A stretch of DNA of 64,000 bases, taken from the NCBI RefSeq assembly GCF_044324875.1, contig NZ_CP172185.1; one strand, 5' to 3'. The DNA is from Escherichia coli (GTDB lineage: Bacteria > Pseudomonadota > Gammaproteobacteria > Enterobacterales > Enterobacteriaceae). The notes under the pieces are model-generated. The model searched no databases, was not told the DNA's origin, and saw only the letters and a list, made by a program, of their open reading frames with translations. Position numbers and translations under genes: made by a program. This document shows, piece after piece, positions 47,660-59,194 of the stretch. Each line of letters starts with the position of its first letter. The stretch's first letter is position 1.

Positions 47660-48505
47660 TTATTTCAATGGCTCAACCGGTAAATCTGCCCGTGCGCCCC
47701 ATTCACTCCATGCGCCGTCGTACAGTTTCACGTTTGGCACATCAAGTGTCGCGAGTGCTAACAAAACCACGGCTGCCGTTACACCAGAGCCGCAGCTGAC
47801 GATAATCGGTTTGTCATAGCTGACGCCGCGACCAAAAAATATCGCATCCAGTTCATCGGTCGTTTTTAGTTCGCCTTCGCGCACCAGTTCCGTCCACGGA
47901 ACGTTCAATGCACCGGGAATATGTCCGCGACGTAAACCTGGGCGAGGTTCATCAACTTCTGCGTTAAAACGTGCAGCCGGGCGGGCATCAATAATTTGCG
48001 CCGTATTTTCATGGCTTGCCAATAACACATCGGTGACTTTCACCACGGCTTCAGGATTAAACGTGGCGTTAAACTCTCCTTCCGGCAGCTCTACTGCACC
48101 TTCTTCTAACAGCAGATCATCGCGCTGCCAGCCTGCAAGTCCACCCCCCAGAATCGACACTTTCTCTACACCAAAGGTGCGCAGCATCCACCATGCTCGT
48201 GGGGCTGAGAAAAGATTACCTTCGTCATAGACAATCAGGTGCTTATCCTGGTTAACGCCTAACTCACGCATCGCCACGGCGAACGTTTTCGGGCGCGGCA
48301 GCATGTGCGGAAGCGGGGAAGTGTGATCAGAAAGCGCTTCGATATCAAAAAACACTGCGCCGGGAATATGTCCATTCAGATACTCCTGAGCAACGTTACG
48401 ATCTTCCTGTCCAGGCGACGCCATGCGGGCATCGATAATCTGAATTTCCGGGTCATCAATATGTTCGGCGAGCCAGTCGGCTCCTACAAACCATGTCGTG
48501 GACAT
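47660..48505 (-). CDS. sseA: 3-mercaptopyruvate sulfurtransferase (tandem rhodanese)
   Basis: 281-aa ORF from MSTTWFVGADWLAEHIDDPEIQIIDARM; catalytic Cys motif SCGSGVTA; the six-frame ORF extends upstream to 48664. Confidence 0.9.
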   Translation of the reverse strand: MSTTWFVGADWLAEHIDDPEIQIIDARMASPGQEDRNVAQEYLNGHIPGAVFFDIEALSDHTSPLPHMLPRPKTFAVAMRELGVNQDKHLIVYDEGNLFSAPRAWWMLRTFGVEKVSILGGGLAGWQRDDLLLEEGAVELPEGEFNATFNPEAVVKVTDVLLASHENTAQIIDARPAARFNAEVDEPRPGLRRGHIPGALNVPWTELVREGELKTTDELDAIFFGRGVSYDKPIIVSCGSGVTAAVVLLALATLDVPNVKLYDGAWSEWGARADLPVEPLK

Positions 48506-48711
48506 AGGCATCTCCATTTTTGCCGGGGTTAGGCTAAATTGTCGGATGTTTAGTGAAATGCGACAAGCAAAAGAGGCTGATTTGGCTGTCTGAGCCACAA
48601 TTCTCACTAAAATTCGGATTGTATGGGCGTGATACTGAATTACATAACGTAAATTCTCACGCATAATAATTATTCGACGTTGCTAACGGGCCATTGTGGC
48701 AGGGATGAAAA

Positions 48712-51700
48712 ATGAAAAAGTTACGCGTAGCCGCCTGCATGCTAATGCTGGCGCTGGCAGGGTGCGACAACAACGATAACGCGCCAACAGCGGTGAAAAA
48801 AGATGCGCCTTCTGAAGTTACTAAAGCGGCTTCTTCAGAAAACGTGAGTTCAGCAAAACTTTCCGCGCCGGAGCGACAAAAACTGGCCCAACAGAGTGCC
48901 GGTAAGGCGCTGACATTGCTGGATCTCTCTGAAGTTCAACTTGATGGCGCAGCCACGCTGGTGCTGACGTTCTCCATTCCTCTCGACCCGGATCAGGATT
49001 TCTCACGCGTTATCCATGTCGTCGATAAGAAAAGCGGCAAAGTGGATGGTGCCTGGGAGCTGTCAGATAATCTTAAAGAGTTGCGTTTACGCCACCTCGA
49101 ACCGAAACGTGATTTGATCGTCACTATTGGCAAGGAGGTCAAAGCACTCAACAACGCAACCTTCAGTAAAGATTACGAAAAAACTATAACTACCCGCGAT
49201 ATCCAACCCAGCGTCGGTTTTGCCAGCCGTGGCTCGTTGTTACCTGGTAAAGTTATTGAAGGGCTGCCGGTAATGGCGCTCAACGTTAACAATGTCGATG
49301 TTAACTTCTTCCGTGTTAAGCCAGAATCTCTGCCTGCATTCATTAGCCAATGGGAATACCGCAATTCGCTGGCGAACTGGCAGTCTGACAAACTGCTGCA
49401 GATGGCGGATCTGGTTTATACCGGACGGTTTGATCTCAATCCTGCGCGTAACACCCGTGAAAAATTATTGCTGCCGCTGGGCGATATCAAACCGCTTCAG
49501 CAGGCAGGCGTGTATCTGGCTGTGATGAATCAGGCTGGACGTTACGATTACAGTAATCCCGCGACGCTGTTTACGTTAAGTGATATCGGCGTTTCAGCTC
49601 ACCGTTATCACAATCGTCTGGATATCTTTACCCAAAGTCTGGAAAACGGCGCGGCCCAGCAAGGAATAGAAGTCTCTTTATTAAATGAGAAAGGGCAGAC
49701 TCTGACTCAGGCAACCAGTGATGCTCAGGGGCATGTGCAGCTGGAAAATGATAAAAACGCGGCATTACTGCTGGCGCGTAAAGACGGTCAGACAACGCTA
49801 CTCGATTTAAAACTTCCGGCGCTGGACTTAGCAGAATTTAACATTGCTGGCGCGCCAGGCTATAGCAAACAGTTTTTCATGTTTGGCCCGCGCGATCTTT
49901 ATCGCCCTGGTGAAACAGTCATCCTCAATGGTTTATTGCGTGATGCAGATGGTAAAGCATTGCCCGATCAACCCATCAAGTTAGACGTGATTAAACCCGA
50001 CGGGCAGGTACTCAGGAGCGTCGTTAGTCAGCCGGAGAATGGCCTCTACCACTTTACCTGGCCACTCGATAGCAATGCGGCAACCGGTATGTGGCATATT
50101 CGTGCTAACACGGGCGATAACCAGTACCGGATGTGGGATTTCCACGTCGAAGATTTTATGCCAGAGCGCATGGCGCTGAATCTGACTGGTGAGAAAACCC
50201 CGCTAACGCCGAAAGATGAAGTGAGATTTTCCGTGGTGGGGTACTACCTGTATGGTGCGCCTGCTAATGGTAATACTTTGCAAGGGCAACTTTTCCTGCG
50301 CCCACTGCGTGAAGCTGTGTCAGCCTTACCTGGTTTCGAATTCGGCGATATAGCTGCCGAAAATCTTTCCCGCACGCTGGATGAAGTTCAGTTGACGCTG
50401 GATGATAAAGGGCGTGGCGAAGTTTCTACAGAAAGCCAGTGGAAGGAAACGCATTCCCCATTACAGGTTATTTTCCAGGGTAGTTTGTTGGAATCGGGCG
50501 GTCGCCCGGTGACGCGCCGCGCTGAGCAGGCTATCTGGCCTGCCGATGCATTGCCGGGGATCCGTCCGCAGTTCGCCTCGAAATCGGTTTACGATTATCG
50601 CACTGACAGCACGGTGAAACAGCCCATTGTTGATGAAGGCAGTAACGCCGCTTTTGACATCGTTTATAGCGATGCGCAAGGCGTGAAAAAAGCCGTGTCG
50701 GGCTTGCAGGTGCGCCTGATTCGCGAACGCCGCGATTACTACTGGAACTGGTCAGAAGATGAAGGCTGGCAGTCACAGTTTGATCAAAAAGATCTGATTG
50801 AAAATGAACAAACTCTGGATCTTCAGGCAGATGAAACCGGTAAAGTCAGTTTCCCGGTAGAGTGGGGCGCTTATCGTCTGGAAGTCAAAGCGCCGAATGA
50901 AGCGGTCAGTAGTGTGCGTTTCTGGGCTGGCTATAGCTGGCAGGACAACAGCGACGGGAGCGGTGCCGTGCGACCCGACCGTGTCACGCTGAAACTGGAT
51001 AAAGCCAGTTATCGCCCTGGTGATACCATTAAGTTGCATATTGCCGCGCCAACGGCGGGTAAAGGTTATGCGATGGTCGAGTCCAGTGAAGGGCCGCTGT
51101 GGTGGCAAGAGATTGATGTTCCGGCTCAAGGGCTGGATCTGACGATTCCGGTCGATAAAACCTGGAATCGTCATGATTTGTATTTAAGTACGCTGGTGGT
51201 ACGTCCTGGCGATAAATCTCGCTCTGCGACGCCAAAACGCGCAGTTGGGGTGTTGCATCTGCCGCTTGGCGATGAAAACCGTCGTCTCGATCTGGCGCTG
51301 GAAACCCCCACCAAAATGCGCCCCAATCAGCCATTAACCGTGAAAATTAAAGCCAGCAATAAAAATGGTGAGATGCCAAAACAGGTGAATGTGCTGGTGT
51401 CTGCCGTTGATAGCGGTGTGCTGAATATTACTGATTACGTTACCCCCGATCCGTGGCAGGCGTTCTTTGGTCAGAAACGCTATGGTGCAGACATTTACGA
51501 TATTTACGGTCAGGTCATTGAAGGTCAGGGGCGTCTGGCAGCTCTGCGTTTTGGTGGCGATGGTGATGAGCTGAAACGTGGTGGTAAACCGCCGGTCAAT
51601 CACGTCAATATTGTCGCGCAGCAGGCGCTGCCGGTAACGCTCAACGAACAGGGCGAAGGCTCGGTTACACTGCCGATTGGCGATTTTAACGGTGAATTGC

Positions 51701-53673
51701 GCGTCATGGCGCAAGCCTGGACGGCAGATGACTTCGGTAGCAACGAAAGCAAAGTGATAGTTGCCGCACCGGTGATTGCTGAACTGAACATGCCGCGCTT
51801 TATGGCGAGTGGCGATACCTCGCGTCTGACGCTGGATATCACTAATCTTACCGATAAACCGCAAAAACTGAACGTTGCCCTGACCGCCAGTGGTTTGCTT
51901 GAACTGGTCAGCGTTTCACCCGCAGCCGTTGAATTAGCGCCAGGTGTGCGTACTACGCTGTTTATCCCGGTGCGAGCATTGCCGGGTTATGGCGATGGAG
52001 AAATTCAGGCCACCATTAGCGGGTTAGCGTTACCGGGTGAAACCGTTGCCGATCAGCATAAGCAGTGGAAAATCGGCGTCCGTCCGGCGTTCCCGGCACA
52101 AACGGTTAATTACGGTACGGCGTTACAGCCTGGTGAGACATGGGCGATTCCGGCGGATGGATTGCAAAACTTCTCGCCTGTTACGCTGGAAGGGCAATTG
52201 TTGTTGAGCGGCAAACCATCGCTGAACATCGCACGTTATATCAAAGAGTTAAAAGCGTATCCGTACGGGTGTCTTGAGCAAACCGCCAGCGGCCTGTTCC
52301 CGTCACTTTATACCAACGCAGCCCAACTGCAGGCGTTGGGCATCAAAGGCGACAGTGATGAGAAACGCCGTGCATCGGTCGATATCGGCGTTTCCCGTTT
52401 GCTGCAAATGCAACGTGATAACGGCGGCTTTGCGCTGTGGGATAAAAACGGTGACGAAGAGTACTGGCTGACGGCTTACGTGATGGATTTCCTGGTCCGC
52501 GCAGGTGAGCAGGGGTACAGCGTGCCGACAGACGTCATTAACCGGGGAAATGAGCGTCTGCTGCGCTATTTACAAGATCCGGGCATGATGTCGATCCCGT
52601 ACGCGGATAATCTCAAAGCCAGTAAATTCGCCGTACAGTCTTACGCTGCGCTGGTGCTGGCCCGTCAGCAAAAAGCTCCACTGGGTGCGCTGCGTGAAAT
52701 CTGGGAGCATCGTGCAGATGCCGCTTCTGGTTTACCGCTGCTGCAACTTGGCGTTGCGCTGAAAACCATGGGTGATGCGACGCGTGGTGAAGAAGCAATT
52801 GCGTTGGCGCTGAAAACGCCGCGTAATAGTGATGAGCGGATATGGCTGGGTGATTACGGTAGTCCACTGCGCGACAACGCGTTGATGCTCTCCTTGCTGG
52901 AAGAAAATAAACTGCTACCCGATGAGCAGAACACTTTGCTGAACACGCTTTCGCAGCAGGCATTTGGTGAACGCTGGCTATCGACCCAGGAAAGCAACGC
53001 GTTGTTCCTGGCTGCCCGTACGATTCAGGATTTACCGGGTAAATGGCAGGCGCAAACCTCTTTCTCAGCTGAGCCGCTGACAGGCGAGAAAACGCTAAAC
53101 AGCAATCTGAATAGCGATCAACTTGCCACCTTGCAGGCGACCAACAGTGGCGATCAGCCGTTATGGCTGCGTGTGGATGCCAGCGGTTATCCGCAATCCG
53201 CACCTTTACCGGCGAACAATGTGCTGCAAATCGAGCGTCATATTCTTGGTACTGATGGTAAGAGCAAATCGCTGGACTCGTTACGTAGCGGCGATCTGGT
53301 GCTGGTGTGGTTGCAGGTAAAAGCCAGCAACAGCGTGCCGGATGCGTTAGTCGTTGATTTACTGCCAGCGGGTCTGGAACTGGAAAACCAGAACCTGGCG
53401 AACGGTAGCGCCAGCCTGGAGCAAAGTGGTGGCGAAGTGCAGAACTTACTGAACCAGATGCAGCAGGCGAGCATTAAGCACATTGAGTTCCGTGACGATC
53501 GCTTTGTGGCGGCGGTTGTCGTTGATGAATACCAACCGGTAACGCTGGTGTATCTGGCGCGGGCGGTGACGCCGGGAACGTATCAGGTACCGCAACCGAT
53601 GGTGGAATCAATGTATGTTCCCCAATGGCGGGCGACCGGCGCGGCTGAAGATTTGCTGATTGTCAGACCGTAA
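48712..53673 (+). CDS. yfhM: alpha-2-macroglobulin family lipoprotein (ECAM)
   Basis: 1653-aa ORF with lipoprotein signal (LALAGC) and thioester motif CLEQ (GCLEQTAS). Confidence 0.92.
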   Translation: MKKLRVAACMLMLALAGCDNNDNAPTAVKKDAPSEVTKAASSENVSSAKLSAPERQKLAQQSAGKALTLLDLSEVQLDGAATLVLTFSIPLDPDQDFSRVIHVVDKKSGKVDGAWELSDNLKELRLRHLEPKRDLIVTIGKEVKALNNATFSKDYEKTITTRDIQPSVGFASRGSLLPGKVIEGLPVMALNVNNVDVNFFRVKPESLPAFISQWEYRNSLANWQSDKLLQMADLVYTGRFDLNPARNTREKLLLPLGDIKPLQQAGVYLAVMNQAGRYDYSNPATLFTLSDIGVSAHRYHNRLDIFTQSLENGAAQQGIEVSLLNEKGQTLTQATSDAQGHVQLENDKNAALLLARKDGQTTLLDLKLPALDLAEFNIAGAPGYSKQFFMFGPRDLYRPGETVILNGLLRDADGKALPDQPIKLDVIKPDGQVLRSVVSQPENGLYHFTWPLDSNAATGMWHIRANTGDNQYRMWDFHVEDFMPERMALNLTGEKTPLTPKDEVRFSVVGYYLYGAPANGNTLQGQLFLRPLREAVSALPGFEFGDIAAENLSRTLDEVQLTLDDKGRGEVSTESQWKETHSPLQVIFQGSLLESGGRPVTRRAEQAIWPADALPGIRPQFASKSVYDYRTDSTVKQPIVDEGSNAAFDIVYSDAQGVKKAVSGLQVRLIRERRDYYWNWSEDEGWQSQFDQKDLIENEQTLDLQADETGKVSFPVEWGAYRLEVKAPNEAVSSVRFWAGYSWQDNSDGSGAVRPDRVTLKLDKASYRPGDTIKLHIAAPTAGKGYAMVESSEGPLWWQEIDVPAQGLDLTIPVDKTWNRHDLYLSTLVVRPGDKSRSATPKRAVGVLHLPLGDENRRLDLALETPTKMRPNQPLTVKIKASNKNGEMPKQVNVLVSAVDSGVLNITDYVTPDPWQAFFGQKRYGADIYDIYGQVIEGQGRLAALRFGGDGDELKRGGKPPVNHVNIVAQQALPVTLNEQGEGSVTLPIGDFNGELRVMAQAWTADDFGSNESKVIVAAPVIAELNMPRFMASGDTSRLTLDITNLTDKPQKLNVALTASGLLELVSVSPAAVELAPGVRTTLFIPVRALPGYGDGEIQATISGLALPGETVADQHKQWKIGVRPAFPAQTVNYGTALQPGETWAIPADGLQNFSPVTLEGQLLLSGKPSLNIARYIKELKAYPYGCLEQTASGLFPSLYTNAAQLQALGIKGDSDEKRRASVDIGVSRLLQMQRDNGGFALWDKNGDEEYWLTAYVMDFLVRAGEQGYSVPTDVINRGNERLLRYLQDPGMMSIPYADNLKASKFAVQSYAALVLARQQKAPLGALREIWEHRADAASGLPLLQLGVALKTMGDATRGEEAIALALKTPRNSDERIWLGDYGSPLRDNALMLSLLEENKLLPDEQNTLLNTLSQQAFGERWLSTQESNALFLAARTIQDLPGKWQAQTSFSAEPLTGEKTLNSNLNSDQLATLQATNSGDQPLWLRVDASGYPQSAPLPANNVLQIERHILGTDGKSKSLDSLRSGDLVLVWLQVKASNSVPDALVVDLLPAGLELENQNLANGSASLEQSGGEVQNLLNQMQQASIKHIEFRDDRFVAAVVVDEYQPVTLVYLARAVTPGTYQVPQPMVESMYVPQWRATGAAEDLLIVRP

Positions 53674-55986
53674 ATGCCTCGCCTGTTAACCAAACGCGGC
53701 TGCTGGATAACGCTGGCAGCTGCGCCCTTTCTCCTTTTTCTTGCAGCGTGGGGAGCTGATAAACTCTGGCCTCTACCGCTGCATGAAGTCAATCCCGCAC
53801 GCGTGGTTGTGGCTCAGGATGGGACGCCGCTCTGGCGCTTTGCCGATGCGGACGGCATCTGGCGTTATCCGGTAACAATCGAAGATGTTTCTCCACGTTA
53901 CCTTGAAGCGCTGATCAATTATGAAGATCGCTGGTTCTGGAAGCATCCGGGGGTGAATCCATTCTCGGTGGCGCGCGCAGCATGGCAAGATCTCACTTCG
54001 GGAAGAGTTATTTCCGGTGGCAGCACGCTCACTATGCAGGTTGCTCGTCTGCTTGATCCTCACCCCAAAACATTTGGCGGCAAAATTCGCCAGCTCTGGC
54101 GCGCGTTGCAACTGGAGTGGCATCTGTCTAAGCGTGAAATTCTGACCTTGTATCTTGACCGCGCCCCGTTTGGCGGTACGTTACAGGGGATCGGTGCGGC
54201 AAGCTGGGCTTATCTCGGGAAGTCGCCTGCAAATTTGAGCTATTCCGAGGCGGCAATGCTGGCGGTTTTGCCGCAAGCGCCCAGCCGACTACGCCCGGAT
54301 CGCTGGCCGGAACGTGCCGAAGCCGCGCGTAATAAAGTGCTCGAACGGATGGCTGCGCAAGGTGTGTGGTCCCGTGAGCAGGTAAAAGAATCAAGGGAAG
54401 AACCCATCTGGCTGGCACCCCGACAAATGCCGCAACTGGCACCGCTGTTTTCGCGCATGATGCTCGGTAAAAGCAAAAGCGACAAAATCGTTACTACGCT
54501 GGATGCCGGTCTTCAACGACGTCTGGAAGAACTGGCGCAAAACTGGAAAGGACGATTACCACCGCGCAGCTCACTGGCGATGATCGTGGTTGATCATACC
54601 GATATGCGTGTTCGCGGCTGGGTGGGTTCGGTTGATCTCAACGATGATTCACGCTTTGGTCATGTTGATATGGTCAATGCGATCCGATCGCCAGGATCGG
54701 TGCTCAAACCGTTTGTTTATGGTCTGGCGCTGGATGAAGGCTTGATCCACCCGGCATCACTGCTGCAAGACGTCCCCCGGCGCACCGGTGATTATCGACC
54801 TGGCAACTTTGACAGCGGTTTTCATGGCCCGATCAGCATGAGTGAGGCGCTGGTGCGCTCGCTGAACTTACCTGCTGTGCAGGTGCTGGAAGCCTATGGG
54901 CCGAAACGGTTTGCTGCAAAGTTACGCAATGTTGGATTGCCGTTATATTTGCCCAACGGTGCTGCACCGAATCTTTCGCTCATTCTCGGCGGCGCTGGTG
55001 CAAAACTGGGGGATATGGCGGCGGCCTATACCGCGTTTGCTCGCCATGGCAAGGCAGGTAAATTGCGCTTACAGCCTGACGATCCGCTGCTTGAACGGCC
55101 TTTAATGTCGTCGGGGGCTGCGTGGATCATTCGCCGGATTATGGCTGATGAAGCGCAACCCTTGCCGGATGGTGCCTTGCCGCGCGTCGCCCCACTGGCA
55201 TGGAAAACGGGCACCAGCTATGGCTATCGTGATGCCTGGGCGATTGGGGTTAACGCTCGCTATGTCATTGGGATCTGGACTGGCAGACCGGACGGCACGC
55301 CCGTTGTTGGTCAGTTTGGCTTTGCCAGCGCCGTACCATTGTTGAATCAGGTTAATAATATCTTACTGTCGCGCAGTGCGAATCTGCCGGAAGACCCACG
55401 TCCTGACTCTGTAAGTCGTGGCGTTATCTGCTGGCCGGGCGGACAGTCTTTGCCGGAAGGTGACGGTAACTGCCGCCGCCGCCTGGCAACCTGGCTGCTG
55501 GACGGGAGTCAGCCGCCAACTCTATTACTGCCGGAGCAGGAAGGCATTAATGGCATTCGTTTCCCCATCTGGCTGGATGAAAACGGCAAACGTGTTGCCG
55601 CTGATTGCCCTCAGGCGCGACAAGAAATGATAAATGTCTGGCCGCTACCGTTGGAACCCTGGTTGCCCGCATCAGAACGCCGCGCTGTGCGCTTACCACC
55701 GGCCTCGACAATTTGCCCGCCATACGGTCACGATGCACAACTCCCACTGCAGCTGACAGGTGTTCGCGATGGCGCGATTATTAAACGTTTACCGGGCGCA
55801 GCGGAAGCGACTTTGCCGTTGCAATCAAGTGGAGGGGCAGGCGAACGCTGGTGGTTTCTGAATGGCGAACCGTTAACTGAACGCGGGCGCAACGTGACCC
55901 TGCATTTGATGGATAAAGGCGATTATCAATTGCTGGTGATGGATGAGGTGGGGCAAATCGCGACAGTGAAATTTGTCATGCAATAG
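53674..55986 (+). CDS. pbpC: penicillin-binding protein 1C (bifunctional glycosyltransferase/transpeptidase)
   Basis: 770-aa ORF starting immediately after the yfhM stop; GT51 motifs (EDRWFWKHPG...), transpeptidase SxxK and KTG motifs. Confidence 0.92.
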   Translation: MPRLLTKRGCWITLAAAPFLLFLAAWGADKLWPLPLHEVNPARVVVAQDGTPLWRFADADGIWRYPVTIEDVSPRYLEALINYEDRWFWKHPGVNPFSVARAAWQDLTSGRVISGGSTLTMQVARLLDPHPKTFGGKIRQLWRALQLEWHLSKREILTLYLDRAPFGGTLQGIGAASWAYLGKSPANLSYSEAAMLAVLPQAPSRLRPDRWPERAEAARNKVLERMAAQGVWSREQVKESREEPIWLAPRQMPQLAPLFSRMMLGKSKSDKIVTTLDAGLQRRLEELAQNWKGRLPPRSSLAMIVVDHTDMRVRGWVGSVDLNDDSRFGHVDMVNAIRSPGSVLKPFVYGLALDEGLIHPASLLQDVPRRTGDYRPGNFDSGFHGPISMSEALVRSLNLPAVQVLEAYGPKRFAAKLRNVGLPLYLPNGAAPNLSLILGGAGAKLGDMAAAYTAFARHGKAGKLRLQPDDPLLERPLMSSGAAWIIRRIMADEAQPLPDGALPRVAPLAWKTGTSYGYRDAWAIGVNARYVIGIWTGRPDGTPVVGQFGFASAVPLLNQVNNILLSRSANLPEDPRPDSVSRGVICWPGGQSLPEGDGNCRRRLATWLLDGSQPPTLLLPEQEGINGIRFPIWLDENGKRVAADCPQARQEMINVWPLPLEPWLPASERRAVRLPPASTICPPYGHDAQLPLQLTGVRDGAIIKRLPGAAEATLPLQSSGGAGERWWFLNGEPLTERGRNVTLHLMDKGDYQLLVMDEVGQIATVKFVMQ

Positions 55987-56134
55987 TCTGTTTTGTCCCT
56001 GATTGTTGCTTAAACTAGGTTTATTTTAAAAAAATGTTACCTTCATCAATAGTCAACGGCCCTGTTGCTCATTATAATCCGCGCCATCTCGTACGCTGGT
56101 ACAGACAACAACAGAACAATTTACAGAGGTAAAA

Positions 56135-56566
56135 ATGGCTATTGAACGTACTTTTTCCATCATCAAACCGAACGCGGTAGCAAAAAACGTCATAGGTAAT
56201 ATCTTTGCGCGCTTTGAAGCTGCAGGGTTCAAAATTGTCGGCACCAAAATGCTGCACCTGACCGTTGAACAGGCTCGTGGCTTTTATGCTGAACACGATG
56301 GAAAACCGTTCTTTGATGGTCTGGTTGAATTCATGACTTCTGGCCCGATCGTTGTTTCCGTGCTGGAAGGTGAAAATGCTGTTCAGCGTCATCGCGATCT
56401 GCTGGGCGCGACCAATCCGGCAAATGCACTGGCCGGTACTCTGCGTGCTGATTACGCCGACAGCCTGACCGAAAATGGTACCCACGGTTCTGATTCCGTC
56501 GAATCTGCCGCTCGCGAAATCGCTTATTTCTTCGGCGAAGGCGAAGTGTGCCCGCGCACCCGTTAA
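56135..56566 (+). CDS. ndk: nucleoside diphosphate kinase
   Basis: 143-aa [18 protein letters not shown]... with active-site NGTHGSDS. Confidence 0.97.
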
Positions 56567-56715
56567 TAATTTCGTAAATGCCGCGTGCAAACGTGGCATC
56601 CGTGCGCCAGAATTTGTACAATGCAGCGCCCCCGGACGAGCAGCCGCTCACCGGGGCGTTTCTTTTTTCAACCCTCCAGGGGCCATAACGTGTAATAACG
56701 AGGCCGGAATAGCAT

Positions 56716-57870
56716 ATGTCTGAACAATTAGTCACACCTGAAAACGTCACCACGAAAGATGGAAAAATCAACCTGCTGGATCTCAACCGTCAGCAGATGC
56801 GGGAGTTTTTTAAAGATTTAGGTGAAAAACCCTTCCGCGCCGATCAGGTGATGAAGTGGATGTATCACTATTGCTGCGACAACTTTGATGAGATGACCGA
56901 CATCAACAAAGTGTTGCGCGGCAAACTGAAAGAGGTGGCGGAGATCCGCGCACCGGAAGTGGTTGAAGAACAGCGTTCATCTGACGGCACCATTAAATGG
57001 GCAATTGCCGTTGGCGATCAGCGCGTCGAAACGGTGTATATCCCGGAAGACGACCGTGCCACGCTCTGCGTCTCTTCGCAGGTGGGGTGTGCGCTGGAGT
57101 GTAAATTCTGTTCCACCGCCCAGCAGGGCTTTAACCGCAACCTGCGGGTATCGGAAATTATCGGCCAGGTGTGGCGTGCAGCGAAAATCGTCGGCGCAGC
57201 AAAAGTCACCGGTCAGCGTCCAATCACTAACGTAGTGATGATGGGCATGGGCGAGCCGCTGCTCAACCTGAACAATGTCGTTCCGGCGATGGAAATCATG
57301 CTTGATGATTTCGGTTTTGGCCTGTCTAAACGTCGCGTGACGCTTTCCACTTCCGGTGTAGTTCCGGCGCTGGATAAACTGGGCGATATGATCGACGTTG
57401 CACTGGCAATTTCCCTGCACGCGCCGAACGACGAAATTCGTGACGAAATTGTGCCGATCAACAAAAAGTACAATATCGAAACGTTCCTTGCTGCGGTACG
57501 CCGTTATCTGGAGAAATCCAACGCCAATCAGGGCCGAGTCACTATTGAATACGTGATGCTTGACCACGTTAACGACGGCACTGAACACGCGCACCAACTG
57601 GCGGAGCTACTGAAAGATACGCCGTGTAAGATCAACCTGATCCCGTGGAACCCGTTCCCTGGCGCGCCGTATGGACGCAGTTCGAACAGCCGTATCGACC
57701 GTTTCTCAAAAGTGCTGATGAGCTACGGTTTCACCACTATTGTGCGTAAAACTCGTGGTGATGATATCGATGCTGCCTGTGGTCAGTTGGCGGGCGATGT
57801 TATCGACCGTACGAAACGTACCCTGCGTAAACGGATGCAGGGTGAAGCCATCGATATTAAAGCGGTCTGA
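56716..57870 (+). CDS. rlmN: dual-specificity RNA methyltransferase RlmN (radical SAM)
   Basis: 384-aa ORF with radical-SAM CxxxCxxC (CALECKFC). Confidence 0.93.
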
Positions 57871-58154
57871 TAGCCATTACGCCACGGTTACTTTATGTAC
57901 CGTGGCGTAATCTTTTATGAATGAAGTATTAAGTTGCAATTGTCTGGTCAATATTAACGGTGCGTTTTTGCTGACTTTAAGGCAGTATGTAACGATGCAA
58001 CAGTAAGTTAGCCTTAGTGAATGTGGGCTTTGTCACGAGCACACAGACGGTCTTATACTGTATGATAACGGTTAACTTAACGGATGTTTCGCGGTGTGGG
58101 TGAGCATGATGGTTCACCGGCATCTCAATTCTCATTTAAACGTACCTGCAGCGA

Positions 58155-59168
58155 ATGAATACTGAAGCCACGCACGACCAAAATGAAGCACTTACTACCG
58201 GCGCTCGCCTGCGTAATGCTCGCGAACAACTAGGACTTAGTCAGCAGGCCGTTGCCGAGCGACTTTGCCTGAAGGTTTCCACGGTACGCGACATTGAAGA
58301 AGATAAGGCACCCGCCGATCTTGCTTCAACATTCCTGCGCGGATATATCCGCTCTTATGCGCGTCTGGTACATATTCCAGAAGAAGAACTGCTGCCAGGG
58401 CTGGAAAAGCAGGCTCCACTTCGGGCTGCAAAAGTTGCGCCGATGCAGAGTTTTTCCCTCGGTAAACGCCGCAAAAAACGCGACGGCTGGCTGATGACCT
58501 TCACCTGGCTGGTGTTGTTTGTGGTTATCGGCCTGAGCGGTGCCTGGTGGTGGCAAGACCACAAAGCTCAGCAGGAAGAGATCACCACTATGGCCGATCA
58601 ATCTTCGGCGGAATTGAGCAGTAATAGCGAGCAGGGGCAGAGTGTTCCGTTAAATACGTCGACAACTACAGACCCGGCTACAACGTCCACGCCGCCAGCG
58701 TCTGTGGATACTACCGCAACCAACACGCAAACACCTGCCGTAACTGCGCCAGCACCAGCTGTTGATCCGCAACAGAATGCGGTTGTTTCGCCTTCGCAGG
58801 CAAATGTTGATACCGCCGCGACCCCGGCACCAACGGCAACAACAACGCCAGATGGTGCTGCGCCGTTGCCAACCGATCAGGCTGGCGTGACCACGCCGGC
58901 GGCTGATCCGAATGCGCTGGTGATGAACTTTACTGCCGATTGCTGGCTGGAGGTCACTGATGCTACCGGTAAAAAACTGTTTAGCGGGATGCAGCGTAAA
59001 GACGGTAATTTGAATTTAACCGGCCAGGCACCGTATAAACTGAAAATTGGTGCGCCAGCCGCAGTACAGATCCAGTATCAAGGGAAACCTGTCGATCTGA
59101 GTCGTTTTATCAGAACTAACCAGGTTGCGCGTCTGACCCTCAATGCCGAACAATCACCGGCGCAGTAA
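58155..59168 (+). CDS. rodZ: cytoskeleton protein RodZ
   Basis: 337-aa ORF: N-terminal HTH (Xre-like), single TM helix, Pro/Thr/Ala-rich periplasmic linker, C-terminal domain. Confidence 0.9.
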   Translation: MNTEATHDQNEALTTGARLRNAREQLGLSQQAVAERLCLKVSTVRDIEEDKAPADLASTFLRGYIRSYARLVHIPEEELLPGLEKQAPLRAAKVAPMQSFSLGKRRKKRDGWLMTFTWLVLFVVIGLSGAWWWQDHKAQQEEITTMADQSSAELSSNSEQGQSVPLNTSTTTDPATTSTPPASVDTTATNTQTPAVTAPAPAVDPQQNAVVSPSQANVDTAATPAPTATTTPDGAAPLPTDQAGVTTPAADPNALVMNFTADCWLEVTDATGKKLFSGMQRKDGNLNLTGQAPYKLKIGAPAAVQIQYQGKPVDLSRFIRTNQVARLTLNAEQSPAQ

Positions 59169-59194
59169 CAGACGGGTAACGCGGGAGATTTTTC

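Noticed and set aside
56072-57597. Antisense ORFs over ndk and rlmN (56072-56599, 56977-57597)
   Set aside because: Shadow ORFs opposite conserved genes; no start signals.
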